A program made the position numbers and the translations under genes. DNA of 62,746 bases, counting the filler. It is 4 parts of 4 records of this genome, joined end to end, with 100 filler letters (N's around TTAATTAATTAA, not from the genome) between each part and the next. Parts side by side here need not be neighbours in the genome. Positions count along the whole stretch, not along the records: positions 27,206 to 44,575 come from SRR20825019_1722; 3 more parts are not named here. The stretch is one strand, 5' to 3'. The stretch's first letter is position 1; every line of letters begins with the position of its first letter. Below the pieces are notes generated by a model. The model saw only the letters and a list, made by a program, of their open reading frames with translations, made no database searches and was not told where the DNA came from. Below, piece after piece: positions 28,803-40,531 of this stretch.

Positions 28803-29813
28803 GCTGCGGTAGTAGGAACGAACAAGTGGGGGTGGGGGTGGAGGTGGGGCTAGGTGGTCTGAGATGCTTAGGGTATGGGAGTTCTTTGCCCCCCTCGACA
28901 GTGGCAGCGTGGCAGTGCGACACTGTGAGATTCAAGTGAAGATCACTCTCAGGACTGTCGTCCGTCGTTTCGATTTTCCGATTACGCCAGCGTGTGCAAG
29001 TGCAAAGCGTCGTCTGACTTCACTCGGGAGTGAGACCCCGACAAGGCCAGCCTGGCCTCGACCGAGAGGGGATGTGGGTTACTATTCACGAGCAGTCTGC
29101 CCGAGGGATCGCGACTCGGCGGGCACTGGGGTCCGTCGGTCGGGGTCTCGGCCGCCCGGCAGCCGGCCGGCTGTAACATCGTCGAAAAATGCTAAACAGG
29201 GCATCACGAAAAAACCGGGGATCCAAGCGGGGCCAGACGGTGCCGCCTCGATAGGCAGGTCGTACTGATGAATTTAGCATCACCGCCTAACCCCCAATTT
29301 CGCCCTCTCCCGGCGATTGCCCGGGTCGACCGGGCAGCTCGGCATTTCAACTTGTGATGCGCCGGCGGCAATGACTTATGTGTTATGGTGCTCATGCGAT
29401 CCCCCGTCATGCCTGGAGGCGATCCGTCCTCGACGATGCGAGGCGCGCCGGGCCCTGCTTGTTAGCGATACGCCAGAATCGCCAGGATCCGTCCAACCGG
29501 CGTTTGGACTTTGGCTTGTCCCCTGGTCAGTGCCCACTTGGTGGGACTTGTCCGACGATCATTCTCCATCGATCCACCCTCCGGCGCGCGCCGGGGACGA
29601 ACCGTGACTTGCGTATGATCGATGACGCGTTCGATCGGCCAGCCCACCCCGGCTATTGGGTGGGGCGCTCGATCTCCCGCCAGGTTGCGACAACGCCGCC
29701 ACTTGTTGTTGCTCGTCATGTACTCACCTTGCTCTGCGCATCCCGCAAACCTCCTTCACAAACCATATATCTAGAGCCTTCTCAAGAAGACTCTAAGCCT
29801 ACCGAACGTCAAT

Positions 29814-30632
29814 ATGCTCGCTGCCGTTTCGACTCTCTTCCGCTCTGCGGCTGCCCCTCGTGCCGTGTCGACTGGCATTCGTGCCATGTCTTCAGTGGCT
29901 CTTCCCACCAACTTCGTCGAACTCAACGCCAAGAAGGACTCGACTCCCCTTGAGATTATGGATCAGGCCCTTGCCCACTACGGTATGGACGCTGCCATTT
30001 CATTCTCTGGTGCTGAGGATGTCGTCCTCATCGAGTACGCCAAGCAGACCGGCCGCCCCTTCCGCGTGTTCTCCCTTGACACCGGGCGCCTTCACCCCGA
30101 GACCTACCAGTACTTTGCCGATGTCGAGGCCCACTATGGCATTAACATCGAGTACATGTTCCCCAACCACGCCAAGGTTGAGGCTCTTGTTCAGGAGAAG
30201 GGCATGTTCTCCTTCTACAAGGATGGCCACAAGGAGTGCTGTGGTGTTCGCAAGGTTGAGCCCCTCAACCGCAAGCTCAACACCCTGAAGGCCTGGATCA
30301 CTGGCCAGCGCAAGGACCAGAGCCCCGGAACCCGCACAGCTGTCCCCTTCGTCGAGGTCGACCCTGTTTTCAAGGGTCAGGGTGAGAGCGGTGAGTTGAT
30401 TAAGTTCAACCCTCTTAGCGACACCACCAGCCGTGACACGTGGACCTTCATCCGTGCCAACAATGTTCCCTTCAACCCCGTGCACCTCCAGGGTATGGTG
30501 AGCATTGGATGCCTGCCCTGCACCCGCCCTATCACCCCCGAGCAGCACGAGCGTGAAGGTCGCTGGTGGTGGGAGTCCACCGAGCAGAAGGAATGCGGTC
30601 TCCACTCTGGAAATACCAAGAAGGCTGCATAA
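29814..30632 (+). CDS. cysH: APS reductase (4Fe-4S CysH type), intronless, with mitochondrial-type presequence
   Basis: [46 protein letters not shown]; leader [27 protein letters not shown]. Confidence 0.94.
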   Translation: MLAAVSTLFRSAAAPRAVSTGIRAMSSVALPTNFVELNAKKDSTPLEIMDQALAHYGMDAAISFSGAEDVVLIEYAKQTGRPFRVFSLDTGRLHPETYQYFADVEAHYGINIEYMFPNHAKVEALVQEKGMFSFYKDGHKECCGVRKVEPLNRKLNTLKAWITGQRKDQSPGTRTAVPFVEVDPVFKGQGESGELIKFNPLSDTTSRDTWTFIRANNVPFNPVHLQGMVSIGCLPCTRPITPEQHEREGRWWWESTEQKECGLHSGNTKKAA

Positions 30633-30914
30633 GCTGGGGCGTTTCACCGGATGTTCTGATGAGTCCAGAGTAATATCATCTTAGAGTGTACAAAGCATCA
30701 GTCGCGTGAGTTACAATACATATATCTATATACATAGTAAACTCAACAATCTTGTCAGTCGTGTAAGGTGTACGGATTCTTTTAATGCATATCAGAATAC
30801 CTCGCATCGCGAGGAAGCTTGAACTCAGAAGCAGGGACTCGACTTATTAGACGCTCGACCTACTATGACTGAATATTCCACAATGAAGAATTGCAATAGA
30901 CACACTACAACAGA

Positions 30915-32389
30915 CTACTCAAAGAAGTTCTCAGACTCAGAACGGGGAGGATGATAATGATCCCGCGAAGCGCCATCCACAGATATTAACCCATTAGGAC
31001 GGCTGCGGAATTGCTCGTCTGTAGTGTTCACGCTAGCCCCCACCGCCAGCCCAACGCCTGACACCGCGTCTGATAGCCTCTCGCCTCGTAGATTGCCTCC
31101 TGTGGTGTACACTCCTGTGCGGCTAGCCGCAGTGGGAGGAACCTCCGGTAGAAGCGCCTCCGAAGATGGGCCATCCGTTAGGGCACCTTCCACATCGAAA
31201 TCCTCATCTCGGGGAGAAACCTTGCCCAGCTTTTCCCCGGGTACATGACCAGACCCCATACCGATCCACGTCTTGGCTGATCCTCGCGGTTTAGGTATCA
31301 GTGTACGGTAGGTAAGGTCAATATCATCCAACACTTCCTTCACGCTGAAGGCGTCACCCACAGTTTCAAAGAACGGGGCCTTCACTTGATCATCCATCTT
31401 GAAGTCACGATAACTAAAGGCATACTGGTGCAATAATGCGGCGAAAAACATTTCAATACATATCAAAAAGTCCTGGACTCCAGTAGCGACATTCTCCGCC
31501 GTAAACTGCGCGGTCTCATGTATAAAATCTACCCTCGTAAGCACAGCAATGGCAAGACCCTGCCAGAATGTGAAAAAAACCACCGCCTTAACGCAAAGGA
31601 ACTTAATTCCTGGGTTGTACTTTGCCAACAGTTCCCGTGTCCCCAAGTAGAAGAGAAGCAGCGCATACAATGCCACCGTGACAGAAAGATTCGTCAAGAA
31701 TGTGATGTACACATATCCACTCTGGAACGAGAACTCTCCCTCCCGATATACACCTCCCCAGTCCAAGAAGAGTGACAGTACCGACAATGTAGGCTTCAAC
31801 ACGAGAAACTGGCACACAGCAGCCTTGGACATGTCTAAGAACCTCCTGCGCTTCGTGTAAGAAGCACAGCGGCTCATAAGGGCGAACTCAAACTTACTTG
31901 TTCATCTTCACTGGCTTCAAACAGAGGTTGAGAGGAGGAGCATGTTTGAGAGGCGGTTGGAGTGATATTGCATCCAACAACTTGTCCTCGTCACCAATAT
32001 AGGCCTAGGATACTCAATCAGTAACTGGCCCGGCTCGTTGGACAAGAGCTACTCACCTTAAGCAAGCACAAGAAGGTATAAAGCGTGTAAGCCTCATATG
32101 AGTCCCTGACAATATCATAATACATAGAGTACTCCAGCGACATCAATCCAAACCAGGAGTCCAAAGCATAAACCTGGCCATATTTTCAGGCTAAGAGCGG
32201 CACTCACACTCACACATATCCTACCGGGACCATGACCAGAATGCGGAGGTATAGTCGTTGAACTAATGGCCTAGTGTAATAACGAAGATGCTTTGCACTA
32301 TGGTATATGGTAATAGCAACGCTGAGTAGAGCAAACACGCCAGCCACGCCAATGGCCAACTTGTGGAGGACACCCTCGCTCTTTGTCAT
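30915..32389 (-). CDS. TMEM184: TMEM184/OST-alpha family transporter, 4 exons
   Basis: Spliced HLRYYTRPLVQRLYLRILVMVP|VYA, RDSYEAY, KFLCVKAVVFFTFWQ, LICIEM; GT-AG introns 32174-32224, 32005-32056, 31846-31897. Confidence 0.9.
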
Positions 32390-32729
32390 TGTGAAGACGA
32401 TTTCGTCCGTGGAAGTCTCCAGGATGACGCTAAGTGTGATATGCTACCGGAATGTGATCCTTGTCTCCAGGTTATCTATAAGTTTTTATTTGACTTGTCC
32501 AGGTGGAGTGCGGTTGTTCGACGATCAAGGACTCCATCCGTTGGTATTCGCTGCATACACGGCTAGTCGCCGCCAACTCGCAGTCGAAACGGAACAAAAT
32601 CACAGTCCAATGCTTCTCCAGCGGCCGGCAAGGCAGGTTGCCAGAGCCACAGACAGCTTCGTGACGGCCAGACTCCCCATCCGAATCTCACGAGGACCTG
32701 ACTAGGGACCCACCGCTGTCTCTACTTTC

Positions 32730-33420
32730 ATCAGACCGGGCCCACAACCCGTTCACTGCTGATGCAGCCAGCATACCGCCGGCCACGGAGCAGCCCGGCC
32801 CAGCCCGGATGAGCAAAGCACCCAACTGAAGATTGCGCCAGTGGGCCAGCCGGCGCGGCCGAGTCAACGGCGGTTGGCTCTAGTCGCCCCTGTCAGAACC
32901 TATGGCCGACTCACTGGCAGTCAGTTTGCGCCTGCGGACGAGCGCGATCAGGTTGGCGCGCCAGGCCCGGCGGCAGCCGGCTGCCGGCCGGGCGCTCGGG
33001 ACCGGGGGCGCGCGGACGCCCCCGGCCGCGCGGGGCCCGGCGGCGGCGCCGCCCCGCGCTGGCGGCGACCAGGCCGCCGGCCGCACCGCCGTCCGTCCCG
33101 GCTGGGCCGGAAACGGCATCAGCACCCAAAAATAGCACGCGGAAGAACACGGACCAAACTCCTGATGAAAGGCTGTGCCCGTCAGGAGCGTGGGGGGGCC
33201 GGAACCAACCCTTTTCTCAGTTGGCGCCGTTGACATGAACCAATCACTATTTGTTTCCAGGTCGATCAATGTCTTTCGACCTGATGTTGAGATCAATCTG
33301 TGATTCGATCTCGACCACCGGCACCGGGTCCTGGCCGGCCGCGCCGCGCCGCCCGGGCTGTTGCTCGCGTATGGTGAACCACGGACCGTTGTGAAGCTAC
33401 TTCGGCCGGCCGTCCAAATG
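32730..33420. promoter_or_regulatory. GC/CCGG-rich island between divergent TMEM184 and PDCL3
   Basis: Near-pure G/C tract at about 32950-33120 in an otherwise mid-GC contig; limits approximate. Confidence 0.55.
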
Positions 33421-33542
33421 CCACACTTCCATGCAGAGTGAGGTACCCAAAGGTTTGTCGGCTGACTAGAGGAGACTTGTCGCGAGACCTCTATTAATAC
33501 GGATAGGTTCACCTCACAGTCAAACTCAAGAAGCCCGTCACA

Positions 33543-34308
33543 ATGGCGACTGAGTGGGACGATGCCCATATGAAGGTTGGGACTGACTATGGCATGAAAC
33601 TGCGGGAAGAAGCAGCAGCCAGAAAGGCAGAAGAGGAGTTGGAGGAACTGGCCTTGGAAGCAGCCGCCAACTACGACCCCCTCGAACACAAAAATTTGGA
33701 CCAACTCGACGAACTTGAGGATGATGAAGATGAGAGAATTCTTGCGGCATATCGTGAGAAGCGTCTGCAAGAAATGAAGGAGCAGGCAAAAAATAGTCGG
33801 TTTGGTGATGTTCGTGAGATTGCTCAACCTGATTGGGAAGCGGAAGTAACCAAATCAGGGAACACCTTCGTTGTGGCCCACTTGTACAGTAATAGGTGAG
33901 TAGATGAACAGGGGATCTGTTGACTTTCAATAACTTTGCTCTTGTCGCAGTGTAAGCATGTGTGAAGTTGTCGACCGCGCCATGATGAGCTTGGCATCAA
34001 AGTTTGGCCACGTCAAATTCGTAAGGATAGTTGGAAGTCGTTGCATTCCAGACTACCCAGACAGAAATTGCCCCACAATATTGGTTTATAACAATGGTGA
34101 CATCCAGTCACAGATTGTTCGTTGTGAAGGCTTGGGAGGAGCACACATGACGCCAGATGACTTAGAGTGGAGACTGAGCATCCTTGGGGCTGTGAAGACC
34201 GATCTTGAAGATGATCCAGCTGTTAACAGACCAGTTCAAAAAATGACGTTTGCCAGGGGAGCCCCGCGCGACCGCAGAAACGATGATAGCGATGTGGATT
34301 CGGACTAA
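33543..34308 (+). CDS. PDCL3: Phosducin-like protein 3 (Plp2/viaf), 2 exons
   Basis: TEWDD, LDELEDDEDERILAAYREKRLQE, CIPDYPDRNCPTILVY; intron 33896-33950. Confidence 0.9.
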
Positions 34309-34402
34309 CACCTCTCTCCTGCACTTGGATTTTCTGGTTCCAATTCCACGGAAGACCTTGCGCTGAGATGGCTCTTATCTAAATAGGACTTAAACTGGAT
34401 GG

Positions 34403-37400
34403 TCACGGTATGAGAGCGGTAGTTGACTTGGTTGTATCCCTCCGATCCCTTCCCTGTTTCGTTCCATTAGTGATGTGTAGTTCTACTCACAACGGAAAAC
34501 CTACATGTTGTTGGCTGGATTTCTCTTGTAAGGAGTCCAGAGACCGCTCCTCTTCAAGGCCTTTCTCAAGATCTTTGTATGTTTTTCTAGAGTTTGGGGT
34601 ATTTTCTCCTTTGAGGGTTGACAACGTGCGCGCAACAGCAACCACACTGGCCCTCCTGGATGCCCTCAGAGAACTTTCCATCACAACAGGTGGTCTCAAC
34701 CCAGAGAGCTGACGCCTGGCCGCGCTTCTTCCCTTCTTCCGAATCAGCCATAGAATATATCCTCCCCCGGCTATTATGGCAAAACATACCGTCACTGCAA
34801 CAGCTCGTCAGGATGGATGCATGAGATGAATAGGCCAACACACCTCCTACAACACACAATGCCAACAGGCCTCCAACACCAGCACTCAGGAGTATCACCA
34901 ATAGATAATTGTTGGCCGACGCAGCCGTAGCGACGGATTTCGTGACAACACCAAATGTAGAGAAGTGAGAAGTGCTCCCAGTGCACACCGACCTACAATG
35001 AGAAAGATTAGACAAATTACGCGATGCGATACATTCATATTCGCACCCTGAGAGCGAAATGTCCGATTCGCACACCCATTGATTGTTACTATCGGCATAC
35101 GCAAGGCAGTACGATGCAGCGCTGTCCAGCAGAGTGCAAGATAGGCCGATCTCAATATTAGACTGGAATGTCTGAGCAAGTACTGTGATCCCATCCGTCG
35201 CGTCAACAAAGTCGAGATTGACCACAGAGCTGTGGATGGCGCTGCTGTCTTGCCCAGGCAATTCGCTATCGCGAACTGCGGACACACTGAAGCATGCAAA
35301 ATGTTAAGATCGAATCCTGTTCACGAATCTTAGGAGCACCGCTACCTCAGCATCACATTGGCAACAGAGGATAGCGCCGAAGCAGGCACTTTGACTTGCC
35401 CAAGAATGCTACCGGTGCTGTCTTGGTGTCAGCATCTCATCGACTTTGAAGTGTACCAATATAGCTCACCTATCGGACATATCAACTACGGAATCAGACC
35501 CTTCTGTAAGATCATTAATTGTGTCGACAACCTTGCGCGTGAAAGGAGGCGTTACACAATTAGATGCAGAGCTCGCACATGTTCCTGGGAATTCATTAGC
35601 TACGGACAAGAACGGTGCGGGGAAGAAAAATCACTGTACCATCAAAGCAGAGATGAAAGCCTGACGTGCAAAGACCCCCTGAGCAATCCGACAGCGATGT
35701 CTTACAAGAGCCATCACCACAAAGAATCTCCCCGACTCCACATCCGTCATATGCGGGGCACTCTCCGGATGTGCAACTCGCGTCAGGACATGGCTTCTGT
35801 CCGGAAGGGCAGGACGATGGCGGGCAATCTTCAGCCAGAATGTTAATACGACTTCCATTCATGGGAGAGAATTAAATATACCTGTAGACGAAGAAACGCA
35901 ACCTGAGGGGCATCGCCTGGGCGTAGGTTCTGCGCAACTATCTGGAAAAATGTACAGCTTCGTGGCCACAGCGGGACAGGCACCATCAAAGCCATAAGGA
36001 GATACGCGAAAGTAGTACTGAAAGAACCATCAGTCCGACCACTCTATTGTGCAAACAAGGCAATGGCACATACAGTTGACCCTACGGAGAGTGAAGAGAC
36101 ATCGACGGTGACTTCTCGTGCGCTAGTCTTGGTTGCTAAGGTTACTACTGAAGAGGAGAAAGCCTTGTCCGTGGAATATTGCACTGTGTACGAGAACGGA
36201 GACTGCGCAGAATTAGGTACTTGAGATCACTTCTGAGATGCGAACTCACCCGCCCTGTACTTGGTTCCCGCCACGATACTGCTACGTGGGTCGAATTCCG
36301 GAGCGCAGTTAATCGACCCACTCTGCTACATCTGACAAAAGAAAAACTCAGCATTAAATCGCAACAGGAAGATGTAGGAGCTTACGATGGAAAACAATTG
36401 CTCTGGCATCCATTCGAGGTCAGACAGTGCTGATTTGTCTGCCCACAATAGCCCTCCGCTGAACAGCACTGTCCCTCAAATTTTCCAGTACATGGTTGAT
36501 TCGGCCCGCACCGCACCACCCCATTCAAACACTCGTCAATAGAGACGATGCGATACTTCTTTGACTTGATGTAATTCACAACTTCCTCTATTGCTGAGAT
36601 GGTGTGGGCGAGTGTGTCATGTTGCAAGTGAATCAAACCCGACGGCTCCGAGCTTTCAAAGTCACTCTTGAAAGTGGGCAAAATCTGACTTTTGGTCGCA
36701 TCATTGAACTTCCAGTCCTGCACAATTGCTTCAGCCACATGCCAATGGCCCGGCTCTTGTGGCATTGACCCACCTTTGTATCCGCGGAAAAATGGACCAC
36801 ATACATTCCCATGTCAGTGACAGTCGACCTAGTCAGTTCTGTCACCTCCCCGTACGGCGGCCTGAAATGGCGGACCTTATACGGTATGTACTTTTCAACG
36901 AAGTAATTCGACTTTCCGAGATCATCGCGTATTTCCTTTGCGGTCGTGTAGGTGGAAAAATTGGCGTGAAGCCAAGAGTGCTGACCAACGTGATACCCTG
37001 CCGCCACAATTTCCAGGAGAACAGTACTGTGGTCACTCCAAGTCAACCGTTTTCCATTCACGAAAAAGGTAGCCTGCATACAATCCATAAGACATCAATG
37101 ACACTATGTACAACTGGTCGTGCGCCTACGTTATCAACCTTCAACCGCTGTAACTCGGCCACCGCGTCTCGAGTGACCTGACTGGATGGCCCATCATCAA
37201 AAGTTAGCAATATGGTGCCGGGCTCCTTGCAGAGTTTGATTTCCTCAGTTCTGTGTGGACAACCACCAGAACAGTCACCTGGGCAACTGGTGCATGTCTC
37301 TGCCTCCTATGACAAACAACATTTGAGTCACGAGAGTTCAAACAAGTGCTCCTATTAGTACTAACGTTGCAGACGCCGTCGCCACACGATGCGGTACAGT

Positions 37401-37813
37401 TGGCCTGGCAACCCTCTTCAACCAAGCAGTGTTCGCTGGTAGTGCCACAATATCCTGACCTGGAGCAGCACAGTCCAGCATAACTGTGCTGACAAGGATT
37501 TGCGGCGTCGCAGCGATTCGTCTGTTCGATCGTGCATAAGCGTCGATGGTCGCCTAAACACACCATCATACCTCCACGGTACAGTTAGCCTGGCAACCTC
37601 TTGATGTAAGGCAATGATCGTCCGTCGTCCCTGAAATCTAGCGTAAGGTGGAGCAAAGCAACTGGGCGCCCTCCTACCGCAATATCCATATTGGCTGCAG
37701 CAATGTCCGGCCTGGGAGCATCCCCCAGTTTCTGCTGAGCACGAGGGTTCAGCCTCGTGAACCTGAAGCAAGACTAAGAGAATAAGCAATGTCTGAGGAA
37801 TACTCTTCCACAT
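34403..37813 (-). CDS. Multi-exon type I membrane protein: signal peptide, hevein x2, NodB/CE4 deacetylase, hevein, FN3, Cys-rich repeats, GPS-like motif, TM, tail
   Basis: Manual splicing through ~14-15 short GT-AG introns; TFDDGP (37187-37204), HSWLH, FRPPYG, DTKDW, LQHD; CCSxxGYCG x3; FN3 VSW...LSVGSTYYFRVS; TSHFSTF (34953-34967); stop at 34487 if the last intron is retained. Confidence 0.75.
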
Positions 37814-38029
37814 CTTGACCTATCCTCAGCTCAGAAATTGGTATCTGATAGGGTTCTTCTTCACAGACTAATACAAGTACACGAGCCCAAGCTCCTATGG
37901 ACACGGACCAAATAGAACGAACCAAGAGCCCAGTTACCGAAGCTACACAAACCCGTCAACAGTCAGCTGCCACAAAAGTTGAACCCCAGACAAGAAACGT
38001 GTGGCACTGGCAGGACGATCGTGACACAG

Positions 38030-38860
38030 ATGGCCACCGCTTGTCATTCAAACCTCGCCAATGCCGCGGTGGAAGGGAAGGTTACCGGGGCGGGCGGCGC
38101 AACACGGTTCGTCAGCGGCGGGTCGGCGCCGGCAACGGCGTCCCGGCCCGCCGGGGCCGACCCGACACGAGGATTGCGGACTATGGTGATGCGATCGTGA
38201 CCGCCCGGCATCGCCAGCAGCTGGCGGTGGCCAAGTTGAACACCATCGGATTGGACCACGGCCCGCCGTCACCCGGCCGGGCGGCGGTCGGCGCATCGGA
38301 CCGTCGCAAACTGAGCCCTGCTGCGGCTCCCTGACCGCCGGCCCAAAGCACCGCCTCGGTCAGCATCAAACCACACTAAGCGGCTTCAAGGCTGGAACAC
38401 GGACAGTTGAAAACTGAAATTGGCAACTCCATCAGTCCGGTCATTCGGGGCACCCGACCGGCACGGCCCGGCCACTGAGTCCGGGGTCCGTCAGTTCCTT
38501 CTGTCAGTGTGCCGGCGCCCGGCGACGCCGGGCGGCGCGGGTCAGGGGGCGGCTTTGTCACTGTCATCATCAGGCAACTTCAATTGATTGTGATAATTGA
38601 TCGATTGATTGATTGATTGATTGTAATTACATCAAATGATCATCCAAGTCCAAGGGTGGCAGGTTTGAACTGCAGCGCCGGGCCCGGGCCGGCCCGGCAG
38701 GGGCCGGGAGGCCCGCGCGACTCATGCCCATCCCCCGGGCCGCGGCGGGCGGCCTGTGGTCGTTGTCATGGGCGGCCCCTCGGCCCGCACGCCTCACAAA
38801 CGGCCGCCCGGCCACCCCGGGCTGGCCGGTTCGGGCGCCGCCGGACGACGGCTGTTTTGG
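38030..38860. promoter_or_regulatory. GC-rich island with central (GATT)n tract between divergent genes
   Basis: CCGG-dense flanks; GATT repeats at 38603-38623; limits approximate. Confidence 0.5.
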
Positions 38861-39505
38861 CGGCGATGCAAAGTCACACTGTAGTGTCAGGTCCAGGAGA
38901 CCACTGGCCAGTGAGCCCCATCATTACCACTCCAACATACCAACAGTTCACTTTTCATGAATTTGGAACACCTTATTTGACGCTTTATGTATTTGAAGGT
39001 TATTAGCGATACTTGTGGATCTATATCCATAGCCTCTGTGTTGACGGTATTGACGCCACATATGGGCCTTGAAGAAAATATGGGGTGCACTGCACTTGGT
39101 AACGGAGAGTGCGTAGAAAATTCACCTACTGACAATGCCTTCCCGATATCTACGGAGTCCTCGCCCGGCGAAGCATCGACTGGGAGCTCTTGTAAAGAAC
39201 GAGAAGTTTTATTGAACAACCAACACGCAGGAGCAGTCGTATTTGCATCTTCCGAGCTAGACTGTACTCAGGCCATTAGCATCTTGAAAAAATGCTCGAT
39301 TTTAATATCCCGGGCTGGTATTGGGCCATTTTCTCAAGCAGATGCTAAACTTGTTCTTGGTTTCGATACGGATGCAGGAGTTGGTAAAGAGTGCTCATGT
39401 GAAGACTGTCAAGATGTTGCCGTATTGAGGAAAAAGAGCAAGTATAGGCAACAGATAGAACTGAACTCCAAGCAGTCATCCAAAAATCCGAACTTGTCAG
39501 AGTAG

Positions 39506-40319
39506 GTTGAAGAGGCATCTGACCCACTTGCCCTCATGCTGTTGCGTAGATTTGCTATTGGAATTGCAGTCAATACCCCTGTATCTCGATTAGCAGTGAA
39601 AGCATTGGACAATCGACTAATTAGAGTCAAAACTTTCGATGCTATCATGCCAGCTCTTTTGGCATACTTGCTAGAGAATTGCGGCAGCAAGTCGGTGTTC
39701 AAGCAGCGAGTATCAAAGTGGATTACATGGTTTCCATTTAGGGATTGGGATGCGTGGTTGTCCATCTGGCACCGACCCTCTAAGGGACAGGTGCTCCCAT
39801 TGAGGGATGAAGGGTGCACTATGGTTGTAACGCTTCAAGCAAAGTCAGAACAAGCCGAAGAGATCGGCAAACAAGCTCAACGCGCCGGCATGAAATGGCT
39901 TTGGGTGCCCCTTGAAGGTGCAAACCAGGCTATCCTTAGCAAGAAAGAAACGAAGAGGTGCGTGCGTGTCGACGATGCCTTTGTTCTAGCTGATATTATC
40001 GCAAGGGTGTTGGTATCAGCGGCACGTGAGGCGTTTGCTGAACTGCGCGGTGGGGGACGACTCGTGGTCCACTGTGCTGCGGGAGTGCATAGAACAGGTA
40101 AGCTTGCATGTCAGACTACAATAGGGTTGCGTTCGCTGAATTTCTAATGTAGGAGTCTTTTGCTATTTGTTGCTTAGGATGGCGGGCTATTCACACGATG
40201 AAGCGCAGGTTAGCATGTGGAGAACCCGCGCAGAGACAGGACGCGGAGTTGGTGTTCACCGTGTTGAATACGCCGAAACACTCGTGCCCGATATACTCGC
40301 ACAGTCAATAGACTCATGA
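39506..40319 (+). CDS. Cys-based PTP/dual-specificity phosphatase; 5' structure uncertain (may begin in ORF 38987-39505)
   Basis: VVHCAAGVHRTG P-loop; intron after it, last exon GVFCYLLLRMAG...SIDS ending at TGA 40317-40319. Confidence 0.75.
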
Positions 40320-40531
40320 GACCTGAACGGAATCTATTGCGGGAAGAATAATGGACATCTAGACCCTGTGCATCTTTACTTGGTCTACGAGCGGAACGAA
40401 TGCCACGAAACATATCTTATTGGTCAGGACTGTTCCAACGGGTTTCCATTCCTTCCTTTCCGCAAGAAATCCTGCTTCTATTTGAAATTTCCTTGGCTTG
40501 CCGCTGGGTTTTCAGTGCGGAAAAGAAACGC

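Noticed and set aside
27487-28803. 438-aa plus-strand ORF (and 30000-30647 on minus)
   Set aside because: Antisense shadows of the codon-biased sat and APS reductase genes; no recognisable motifs.
28762-28935. 58-aa N-terminal extension of Sat in the ORF track
   Set aside because: Non-ATG start running through the TATA-like tract; the first ATG is at 28761.
13712-30632. Apparent sulfur/glutathione supercluster (yqjG, GST, peroxiredoxin, sat, APS reductase)
   Set aside because: Spans a linker joining a bacterial and a eukaryotic contig.
32841-33233. Arg/Pro/Gly-rich ORFs in GC islands (also about 37900-39000, 41645-42124, 56147-57160, 61984-62507)
   Set aside because: Stop-poor because of extreme GC content; no domain features.
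34587-34850. Cys-rich tail CCDG...CGCCCAH in ORF 34587-35285
   Set aside because: A probable intron after VVG shifts the frame into ORF 34487-34795, which completes the TM helix and basic stop-transfer.
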